NCBI RefSeq assembly: GCF_009914755.1
Contig: NC_060925.1
Length of the DNA: 64,000 nt
DNA from: the human T2T-CHM13v2.0 reference genome, Homo sapiens
Reading direction: 5' to 3' (one strand)
The notes beneath the pieces were generated by a model, which did not search any database, was not told where the DNA came from, and saw only the letters and a program-made list of their open reading frames with translations. Below are positions 15,101-25,446 of the stretch, one piece after another; position 1 is the first letter of the stretch; every line of letters begins with the position of its first letter. The position numbers were made by a program, and so were the translations under genes.

Positions 15101-15819
15101 GTACTAATTTACTGTGAGTTGGTTGCCCTCAGGTGAGATTGCTGCAGGAGGTGATTCACAACTCTGGTACTGAAAGGAAAGAGATGCAAGGAGGCAGGAG
15201 AGCTGAGCTAGCCTGTGGGAGTGCCTGAGTTTGCAGGGTTCCTCTGAACCCTCCGTATTGTCTGCCCTCTCCTGTGGCAGCTCATCAGCTCATCACCAAA
15301 TTTCCTTTTTCGTCAAGTCTCATGGCTCAGGTTTTGTCTGGAGCTGCATATTGTAACAGCGTGATGAGCTCTCCTGCCTTTTTGAAGCTCAACACTGCTT
15401 TTCAGTAGAGCTGTGAAGTTATACTGACTTCATTCTTCCTTGCATTGTCCATCATTTGCATCATTGTCATTTGGGTTTACTGGCTAGGGTTGGGTTTGAT
15501 AGGCAGATCCCACAACTCTTTAGCTGCTCCTGGAGGAGTAATTGATATGGGGGATCAAATTAGTATGGATGACTGATGGTTCTCAAAGAGGCCATCACGG
15601 GACCCTCTCCTGGAAGGGATGAGGCTGGGGTTTCAGAAGGTACATTTAGGGGTACACCATGAAGGGATATGCATAGTTGTCTGGGTTAGGTAATCCTTCT
15701 CTAGGATGTCTTAAATCTCAGGTATTTCTCAAGGTTTGCTTTTACCATATTACAGAGTAATTTTCTATTTCTTCGTTTGTCTCCTCTGAATTGTGAGCTC
15801 CTTAAAGAGCTATGTTTTA

Positions 15820-16010
15820 TTAGAAGGCAGTTTAGCATCATGCTTAAGCATGTGAGCTCTGGGATTTAATTACCTGGGTTCAGTTTCATGATCTTGGGCA
15901 AGCTCTTTACCCTCTTAGGGCTGGAGGGGGAATTAGATGAGATTTTGCATGTAAAGCACTTAGAACAATGCCTGGCATATAGTAACTGCTTAGTATATGT
16001 TAGTTATTAT
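15820..16010 (+). mobile_element. MIR SINE within L2 fragments
   Basis: atcttgggcaag...tgcatgtaaagcacttagaacaatgcctggcatatag. Confidence 0.7.
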
Positions 16011-16483
16011 TATTATTAAATTTGCATGTCCTCATCTCTAACATGATACCTGATATACATTAGATGCTCAACACATGTGTTTTGAGTGAATAGATGAGTA
16101 AATACCCATGTGTATGTAGAAAAAGAGGTGAGCCTGCCATAATGTGAGTAAGCCCAGTTGAAGTTCTTGAGCATTCTGGGGCTGAGGTAGCGCAGGAGAG
16201 AGAAGCTGGGCTTCAGGATTGAGTTCTGTTGTCGGGTTAGGAATTGGGCCAGGACACTTGCAGTTGTGGGAGATGACTTTCACAGGGACTTGGTAAGAGT
16301 TGAGTTTAGTGTAAAAGGTCTGGTTAGCTAGGTTTGACTTCCACATGTACTTGGTTCTGTACCAAGGATCACAACATGTGTATATCAGGAGGGTTCTCAG
16401 AGCAGAGGTGGATTTATGGACAGAATGTCAGCAAATGGCACCTTGTGGAGTGATTATAGTGTCTTCAAGAGTTGGGTTCCTGC

Positions 16484-18080
16484 CTATGTTACCCAAAGTA
16501 ACCCACAGATTCAAGACAATTTCTATTAAAATCCCAATGATGTTTTTTAAAGAAATTGAAAAATTCATTCCAAAATTCATATGGAATCTCAGGGAACCCT
16601 ACATAGCCAAAACAATTTTGAAAAAGAACAAAGTTGAAGGACTCATTCTTCCTGATTTCAAAGCTTACTTCGAAGCTACAGTAATCAAAACAGTATGGAA
16701 CTGGCATGAAGACAAACATATAGACCAAATAATTAGAACAGAGAGTTTAGTAATAAACCCTTGCATATATGGTCAAATGATTTTTGACAAGAGTATCAGG
16801 ACCATTCAATGGGAGAAAGGACAGTCTTTTCAACAAATGATGATGGGAAAACTGGATACCCACAAGCAAAAGAATAAAGTAGGACCCTTACCTTAGAGTA
16901 TATGGAAAAACTAACTCAAAATGGATCAAAGGCCTAAATGTAAAGAGCTAAACCTATACAACTCTTAGAAGAAAACAGAGGAAATCTTCATGACATTGAA
17001 TTTGGTGATGATTTACTGGATACAAAGGCACAAGCAACAGAAGAAAAAAGACAAATTGGACTTCATCAGAATTAAAAGCTTTTGTGCCTCAAACAACATG
17101 GTCAACAGTGTTAAAATGCAGCCCACAGAATAGGAGATAATGTTTTCAAATCACATATCTGATAAAAGATTAATGTCCAGAATATTTAGAGAAACTCCTA
17201 CAACTCAACAATAACAACAAAAACAACCCAGTTCGAAATGGGCAAAGGGCTTAAGTCAACATTTTTTCCAAAGAAGACACACAAGTGGCCACTAAGCACA
17301 TGAAAAGATGGTCAACATCACTAACCATTAGGAAAATGCAAATCAAAACCGCAATGAGATACTACTTCACACCCATTAGGATGGCTACTATCATAAAAGC
17401 AAGGGTTGGTGAAGATGTGGAGATATTGGAATTCTTGTGCAGTGCTGATGGGAATGTAATAAAATAGTGCAGCTGCTATGGAAAACAGTATGGTGGTTCC
17501 TCAAAAAAATTAAAAACAGAATTACTATATAGTCCAGCAATTCTATTTCTGGGTATACACCTAAAAGAATTGAAAGCAGGGTCTCAAAGAGATGTTTGCA
17601 CACCTATAGTGTACAATAATAGTAGCATCATTCATAAAAGCTAAAACATGGAACCCACCCAGATAGCCATTGATGAGTGAATGGAGAAACAACATGTGGC
17701 ATATCCATACAATGGAATATTATTCCGCCTTAGAACAGAAGGAAATTCTGACATATACTACAACATCTGTTGAGGACATGATGCTACGTAAAATAAGCCA
17801 GCCATGAAAGAAAAAGTCTGTGTATTCCACTCATATGAAGTACTTAGAGGAGTCAAATTCATAAAGACAGAAAGTAGGATGGTGGTGGCCAGGGGCTGGG
17901 GGAAGGGAGGAATGGGGTGTTAGTGTTTAATTGGTAGAGAGTTTTAGTTTTGCAAGATGAAAAGACCTTTGTGGATGGATGGCGTTGATGTTAGCACAAC
18001 AATGTGAATGTACTTAATGCCTTTGAACCATACAATTAAAAATGGTAAATTTTATGTGATGTATATTTTACACAGTTCTT
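16484..18080 (+). mobile_element. 5'-truncated L1 (L1MB-like): ORF2 C-terminus and 3' UTR
   Basis: ORF 16345..16896 contains L1 ORF2 IPKFIWN..LILPDFKAYF..KTVWNW..; 3' UTR ends atggtaaattttatgtgatgtatattttac. Confidence 0.92.
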
Positions 18081-18723
18081 TTCAAAACATCAAGGGCCGA
18101 GCTGATGGGAGACAAAAAAAGAGTTGGGGCCCTGCAAACATAGGTGGAAATGGACTTTCGTGAATCGAGTTATATTGAAGCAACTTGGATTCGCTTGTTA
18201 TGAAGAATCATTTTAGGAAGCCCTTGATTGATCTGTTTCTGTTCATCAGCATTTGCATCAATCAGCCTTGCTTGGGCACCTCTCCATCATGATTCACGTC
18301 ACTTTCTTTTCCCTTGACCTCTAAATGCTGATGGTTCCTGAAGAACCTCTTTTTAGGCTCCCTCATCTAGTTGTACTCGCTTAGTTGTACTCACTTGGCA
18401 GCGTCAGCCTCCTGTCTTCACATTGCTTTGTGGTGCAAGGTTTCTATAAACTAACATCTCACACCTGACCTCGCTGCCAGGCTGCGTCTTGAACTGCAGC
18501 TGTCTGCTAGACATCCCTCCAGCATCTCAAACTGAGTTTGGCCCAAATGGGACTCATCACTTTTTCTTGCTCTGCTGAATTTCTGGTTCCTGTGGAAGGC
18601 ATAGAACACTTAGTTTCCAAGGTATAAAAACATCCAACACTTGGGAAACCCCCTTTCCTCTCCCTGTCTTTCAGATGAGCTCAGCTGTCAGTGGTGTTGC
18701 GTTTTCCCTCTGTGACCATCAAA

Positions 18724-18852
18724 TTTTTTAAAAATAGAGATGGGGTCTTGCTATGTTGCCCAGGCTGGTCTCAAACTCCTGGGCTCAAGCAATCCTCCCA
18801 CCCTGGCTTCTGAAAGTGCTGGGATTACAGGTGTGAACCGCCACATCTGGCT
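18724..18852 (-). mobile_element. FLAM-type Alu monomer
   Basis: Single Alu left-arm-like unit flanked by tgtgacca repeats. Confidence 0.85.
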
Positions 18853-19779
18853 GTGACCACCACATGTTGTACAGGTACTCTGCCTGTGTCTGGGTCAGTC
18901 CTACACTCCCTCTTGAGTGGACGGCCACAACTGCCTGCCCATCTCTTCACCTCCAGTCTCTCCACATGGGCTTGCTGCTATGAACCAGCCAAGGGAAAGC
19001 TGGGGAGAGGCTGGTCCTGTTCCTTCTACTAAGGAATCAGACCTCTGGATAGGGCTCACCCTGAAGGAGAGCAGGATGTGGCACAGATCATAAAGTCCCA
19101 AGTGGCTTCTGGCTGATAAACAGCCCAGGGAGGAAAGCCTGGTTAAGTGGATGGGATGAGGCTGCTAGACTGAGTCTCAAAGTCAGAGGAGCAGGTGCCA
19201 AGCCACCAATGGAGGGTGGGGCAGCAGGTCCACCTCCCAGTGGAGGCAGTCGGCAAGAGCTACACAGGGGCCAGGTCTAGAGTCTGGTGGGTTGGGGCCA
19301 GGGCTGGGGACAGCAGGGCTCCATGGGCAGAAGTCCTGCACTCTGCCTGGGCTGACTAGTGCAAGCAGGGTAGCACTTGAACTCAGGGGGTTCACTGTCT
19401 CCCCTAGATTCAGGGTAGTGGCAGCCCTAGGAATTCTGGCTCTGGACCTTCACTTGTGTGGGCCCCTCAGTTTGCAATATGCCTCCTCCCCACAACTTCC
19501 ACACTTCCAAATCCCACTCGGCCTCAACGCCTAGATCAGAGCCACTTCGCACCTGAAGCTGCCACTCATTTTGCTGAGCTGGGATGTTCTTTGTTGGACC
19601 TCCATAGCCTTTTACTTCACCTCCCTAACTGCATTTCCATTTTCTACCTTGAACTATTGTTACTCAGTGCCATTGTACTAGACTAAAAGCTTTCTGTGGG
19701 CAAGTCATTTGACAATGAATAGAACACATGGATGCCTGTGTTTGTTAGTGTTTCTGAATCCATCGTTCAGTAGCTGTCA

Positions 19780-20210
19780 GTCTCCACAGGCCTGTTTACA
19801 TTCACTGTGGGTCTTCCCAGGTGCTGCTAACTCAGTATTTCCAGTTTTTCTTTCCCTGGGGAACTCGAGCCTTTTTTGTGAGACTCTATCAGTAGTTCTG
19901 GCAATGGACTGTGAAGAAAAGTGACGTGTTACTAGAGCATTTAGGCCAGTAGGAGACCCTTCCAAGTGCTCTTCTCCCTTATGGGTGGCAACTAGCAGTG
20001 TTTGAGATGTCAGCTGCTCTGTCCTCCTGAGTGCCCCTGAATAAATACGATGAGCAAAGCTCCTAGCTGACCTGTGATAGCTGAGCAAGGCTCCTAGCTG
20101 ACCTGTGATGGGCGCCTATCATGGATGAGAAATAGGCTTTTGTGGTTTTCAGCTACTGCAATCTGCAGGTTGTAATTGCAGCATAGCCCAGCCCATACTA
20201 ACAGACACAA
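19780..20210 (+). mobile_element. MLT1-family solo LTR remnant
   Basis: MLT1-like 3' end (ctagctgacctg..atgaga..gttgtaattgcagcatagc..ctaacagacaca); approximate. Confidence 0.5.
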
Positions 20211-20954
20211 TGACCCCTTTGGTTTATCAGCTCTAGATGTGACCAGCACATTGCCACATCCTGCTGGCTGCTGGGTGACCTGATGGGAAGCCACTGGCAA
20301 GGGGAGGCTGCCTCTTCAGGCAGTAGAGTGCTGCTCTCAGCAGTTCAGCTCACTGGGCCTCTCACGGTGGAGCACCCCTCATTCAGATGCAGATGTGCAG
20401 GAATGGACGGTCCCTTTCACTCCCCTCTCTACGGACTGCTCTCTAAATTAATTAAAAGCTGCAGGCGAGCAGAGAGATATTCTATTACATTAGAATGTTC
20501 TTTTTTTTAAAAAAAATGTTGAGGCTGCAATAGTATTTTCCCATGGCTTTGCCAAATTGTGTTTTACGATGGTTAGCAGGATTCTCTACTGGTGGGTGAC
20601 AGCATCGTACTTCCCAGATGTGTGTGGCCCACTTCCCTAGGGGAGCTTCAGCATCTGCAGGGGTTGCTTGTTGAGCTGAACAGCTGAGGGAACAGCGGAG
20701 CCCTGTGCGCCAAATGATCTCCGAGCCACAAGCCTGACAAAACACAGGTGGATTCCAGCCTGATGAGGTACACAGGTATTCCTTGGACAGAACAAAAAAC
20801 AAACAAGCCGTTCTGCTCTACCTCTGATAGAAGGGAAGTGGTTATCCATGTGAAGCAAAGATTGAGAAGAAAAGCTTTGAGATGTCCTGTGCGTGTGTTG
20901 ACTGCTAAACCCCAGGAACATAAAATGACAAGAGAAATGGGCAAGAGACAGAGA

Positions 20955-20960
20955 TTTAAT
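20955..20960 (-). terminator. Distal polyadenylation signal ATTAAA of SYT6
   Basis: tttaat on + strand; downstream on minus strand reads GTCTCTTGCCCATTTCTCTTGTCATTTTATGTT (U/GU-rich element). Confidence 0.75.
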
Positions 20961-22170
20961 TGAATAAAAACTCCAGGCTGTGACACGGGTGGGAAGACAC
21001 AAATGAGTAATTAACAACATAATATTTTAAATGACAGTGCAATTAATTAACGTCCTGGGTAAGCGCAGAGGGGGAGGAGGGCGTCTTTCAGCCCGGAAAC
21101 ACTGCTAAATAAAGGAGAAGGGAACTTTTCATGTTTTTTAAAAAAACCTATGTGCAAATGGCCCTGGTTATCACAACTTCATCAAAGCTCACAGCAACAA
21201 CCCGAGAGGTTTCTCCGGCCAGAGAAAGCCAACAAATGGATCAACTTTGTATTTCATTTTCTTCTTCTCTGTGAGGGAAGAGATACTGGGCTAGATAATG
21301 AAGTTGGCAGATGTTCAGGTTTCATTCATGATTCAGGCTGAGGAGTAGTCTACCTTGAGGGTGCTGGGGATGAGGCTGCAGGAGATAAAAGCCTCCCTGG
21401 GGTGGGCTCCCAAGCCTGTAGGAATTGACCCAGACTGCTAGAGCAGCAGCGGTTGCAGTTGGCCAGGGTGGTGTGGGGCTGGCTAGAATCTGTTCAGGAC
21501 ATGATTTTCTGAAACCACTGGGATGTTCACTCATGGGAGATAGCTGCTTGGATATAAGAGGAATGTCTCAGATGAGCAATACTATTGTGATTCACATTGA
21601 TCACACTCCCTTCTCCAAGAGGTTAGAATGGGTTATACTCACCTGCCTAAGGGTTTAACGATGACAGCTGGACATGAATTTTGAGTTCACTTCCAGAAGG
21701 ACCTTCTCACACTAATTTCTGGACTCCTTATGACCCAGGGAACTCAGTTGTCTCCTTTGTAATGGCAAGGCCTTCAGCATCTGTTCACTGACGGAAACGA
21801 CTATCTTGATGGGGTCAGTCTAGAGTCAGAATCATAATGAAGTCTGTCACCTGCCAGGAATCTTGTCATGACCTTGGGTTTTTTCTCACTCTCAGGAGAA
21901 CACCCAAATGTAGGACTACCAGACTAGGAAGGCCTGTCAATGACAAGATATCTGGGGAGAAAAGTCATCTTTACACATGAGTCCCTAGCCTAAGGCTCAG
22001 TACAGGGTGGAGTTTAGGTTTATCTACATTTACTTTTCTAAGCAGAAAATTCCTTTTGCCACAATATCCTGTTAACTCATGCCCAACCTGGTCATTTTTA
22101 GGGCTAGAAGATACTATGCAGCGTTCTATCAGCAGAGAAATCTGACAACTTGGTTTAAAATGAGGGATAC

Positions 22171-22176
22171 TTTATT
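22171..22176 (-). terminator. Candidate proximal polyadenylation signal AATAAA
   Basis: tttatt on + strand inside the terminal exon; modest U-rich downstream sequence. Confidence 0.35.
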
Positions 22177-23657
22177 GGTCGCTGCTCCTCTACCATGTAG
22201 CATATATAAAGAATAAGACACAGGTGTGTGAACAGATTTTCTGTTCTTGATTTTCCACTGTTAAAAGAAGGGGTTCTTCAGCAGACTTGCCTCTTGCAAG
22301 TAGTACACACAGCTCAGGAAACTGGCACTGTGTCGCCACAAGTCGAAGTAGAAACTCACCTCCATGCGCTTACTGGGGTTATACAAACTGAGATTGAGCA
22401 AATCAACCTGGTTTTAGGGGTTGGTGGGAAGACCACTATTAACTCAACAGAAATGTGCTATTACAACACAGAATAGTTCAAACAATTTTTTTTTTCCTAA
22501 ACTGAGTTTGGCCTAAGGTAAAGATCTAAAGGAAACAAGAAACCCTCACAACCACTGAAACAAACAACACTGAAGTACTTAGTAATTTATAGAACTAAAG
22601 TTTAAGATGAATATTGTCAAAGAGCCAAAGGGGCTGAAATAGGCTTACGCTGACTCGGTTTCAATCAAAAACATACTCTTCATAGAAAGATGGACTCAAA
22701 CTGCTATTTGGATTTCAAAACTCCCCATTTGGAAAAGAACATTTAATCTAGGTTTTTCTTTAATCTGTTTAGGCATTTTAAACAGCAGCTTGATACTTCA
22801 TGGAATTATAAAGCTATGTATAATGCAGAAATCATTCCAGAACATATGTTTCTCTCTTACTTTACAATCAAGATTATTTCTGAGGACAAAGATCCTGTTT
22901 TCAAACAAATGTGATCATTAACTGTGGCGCATCAGAAAACATATGGCGTGTTTAGTTTCGGCTGAACTGAATCATTCCTAAAGAAAGTGACTAAGTTCCC
23001 ATGAGGAATCAAGACGTTTTCAATTCATGGGGAAAGCCAGCGAGGAAGGGGAGCGAGGAACCCTGCACATCAGCTGAAGGCTCACAAGCGCCTCAGAGGT
23101 CTTGTGATTTCAACACGGGACTGAGGGTCCCAGCGTGGTTTATGTCCTGCCAGCGAAGAGCTTCAAAGACTAGTAATTCACCTCACAAAGGCTCTTCCAT
23201 GGATTCACCCCATTCCTGCAGGGCACTGAAAATGCAGCCGCAGTCCCACCATGCCTCCTCCTTTTCCAGGGTTGTGGAGCTTGCTGGAGACGCAGCATTT
23301 CAGAAACTCAATCCACCTCTTTCCAAAAAACTGTACCTTGTATTTTCTAGAACCAACTTCTGGGCTTTCCACCCTTTGTCTTTTCCTACTCTTTTTTTTT
23401 TTTCCCTTTTCTTACCAGCAGACCCATAAAAAGTGAAAAACCACAAAAACATCACCTTGGGAGACACAAAAGACTAAGACAGATCTGACCACATGACAAG
23501 TGTCTCAGCCTTGACCTACACAGGAGCAGGTAAGACTCTGGAGTGACGGACGGCTGCCGCTGCTGCCGCCACTGCGACTGCACAACACTGTTTAGACGGT
23601 TGAACAAGTGCAAAGAGAACATTGCTGAGTCCCATTTGTGTTATTTGGCTGCACATC

Positions 23658-23729
23658 TCATGGTGTTGGAGGTGGTTTCGGAGATGGGCACGAGCTCTCA
23701 CTGTCGAAGCTAGCAGCTCGGCCCTGCCA
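23658..23729 (-). CDS. SYT6: Alternative SYT6 C-terminal coding segment WQGRAASFDSESSCPSPKPPPTP* at the start of the terminal exon
   Basis: Acceptor TCTTTGCAG|TGGCAG in phase 0; 23 open codons then TGA; resembles the SYT10 C-terminus. Confidence 0.82.
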   Translation of the reverse strand, partial: WQGRAASFDSESSCPSPKPPPTP

Positions 23730-23958
23730 CTGCAAAGAGGAGAACAATCTGTTTATTAATTGCTAAAGGAATTTACATTTCAACTTGCAAAACTGAACTG
23801 GCCCAATGCACTGAATTCACCTTTCCTAGCTTCTCATAAGCTTTCTTGAATTTTGCTGTCAGCCATGCAAAAACATAAGGGAAACAGCTTAGAGCTTCTA
23901 GTTTGGAATACCTGATTTTCAAAAAGACCTACTGCAGAGATAATTAAAGCTTTCTTAA

Positions 23959-24010
<52 letters not shown>
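23959..24010 (+). repeat. Compound microsatellite (CT)12(GT)14
   Basis: Read directly. Confidence 0.97.
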
Positions 24011-24013
<3 letters not shown>

Positions 24014-25428
24014 AATGAGGTGCTCTGACTGGGCCATTTCTGTGTGCTTCAGCCATTTTTCACACTGAAAATCATATTATGTTAGCAGCGAAAGAGGCAG
24101 TGTGCAGAATATGTCCTTACTGCCAAGAACCCATGGTCATGCATTATTAGCAATTTGTCTGGGAGCTGACAGTACAGCTAAAAATCTGATACTGCTTTAG
24201 CTTTGAGCTGTCTCCTTTGTTTTTCATTCTTCCTATGGGCATTTGCACCTGACTTGTGGAGAGGTAGAGGTGTGAGCAGACCCTTCTGGGCTTCTGCAAC
24301 CCCTTTCTCCTCCCCAGTTCTCCTAGGTCACAGACTGCCTCCTATCAGCCTGACTCTAACCCTTCTGTGAAAGGGGTGATGTAATGAGGCATAATGGAGT
24401 GAAGGACAGGGCTGAGGCTGGGTGGACTTGAACCATTCAATCCTTCTTTAACCAGTCATCGCTGCAGCAGTCATAACCACAGCAATATTTACTGAGCAAA
24501 GATCTGACCCCATGAATATTCTTGACCTGCCTGGGGGCTTTATGTTAATAACTTCAAAGTGAGTCAGTGTCCACTGCTCACCCATCCTTGGAGTGGGCTG
24601 AAGAGACCCAGTACTGTCCTGGGTGTCTGCAGGACAGAGCTCCAGAGTTAAGAGGTAGGTAGGTGGTCAAGATGGCCTTCCTGACCTGGAAGTGCAGCCC
24701 CTTCTGCTTCTCATGAGCGTTGAGGGTCTCCACTATGGAGTGAGGGGGCTGAGTAGAAGCTGCTACTATGCATCATGCATACATGGAGGTTTGGGGTCGG
24801 GGGAGGATGTGGTTCTCCCTCAATACAGCCATTCCTAGAAGGGCTGAGCCACCTGAGGAATAGATCACTTTCTATCCAGCATCACCTGCGGAGTAGATGG
24901 GAAACCCATGAAGTTCAGGAAGGACCCAGACCTACTAAACTACCTTAATGCTTTCAATTCTAAGGAAAGCTTCTGTTACCCTTCTCTGGGCTTGGTTCTT
25001 CATGGGCTTCTTAGGACTCCCTGTTCAGGCCAGCTGAAGATCTTTATGACTAACCAAAGGCCAGACAATCAGGTACCGATGACCACCATTATGTGACCTA
25101 GACCTAAGCAATCTTAGCATGTCAGCACTGGAGGCAGGCTTGGAAGCTGATCCAGTCTAACCTTCTTGTTCTCGCAAATAAGAAAACAAAGACAGAGAAG
25201 TCAAGACACAGCTAGCTAGGGGCAGAGCCAGAACCCGAAACCAGGTTTCCTAACACCCAACCAAGTGTTCTTTCCACTCCATCCTGCTGCTATCTCAGCA
25301 TCTGGCCACACTAGGGGAAGAAGGAGACAAAAGGTAATAAGCAACCTAACGTCTTTGGGTCCACACCAGGTACTTACTCCTAACTCCAGGTGGCAGTCTC
25401 TCTGCTTGCAGCATCCACGTGAATGAAA

Positions 25429-25446
25429 TCACAACCGAGGGTTTCC
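25429..25446 (-). CDS. SYT6: SYT6 exon 7 coding part, GNPRL* (whole exon 25378-25446, 69 nt)
   Basis: Acceptor CCAG|GGAAACCCTCGGTTGTGA, donor GGA|GTAAGT; gives the recognisable SYT6 C-terminus ...KKSFKEGNPRL. Confidence 0.92.
   Translation of the reverse strand, partial: GNPRL

Larger units (their letters stand above)
20939..23729 (-). other. SYT6: SYT6 terminal exon / 3' UTR (~2.8 kb; cleavage site approximate)
   Basis: Acceptor at 23730-23731, no recognisable interspersed repeats, ATTAAA at 20955-20960 followed by U/GU-rich sequence. Confidence 0.85.

Noticed and set aside
16345-16896. 183-aa ORF as a chimeric gene
   Set aside because: Chance run from unique DNA into decayed L1 ORF2; no supporting splice or promoter signals
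25432-25440. C-terminal PRL as a peroxisomal PTS1 signal
   Set aside because: Non-canonical in mammals, and SYT6 is a secretory-pathway membrane protein
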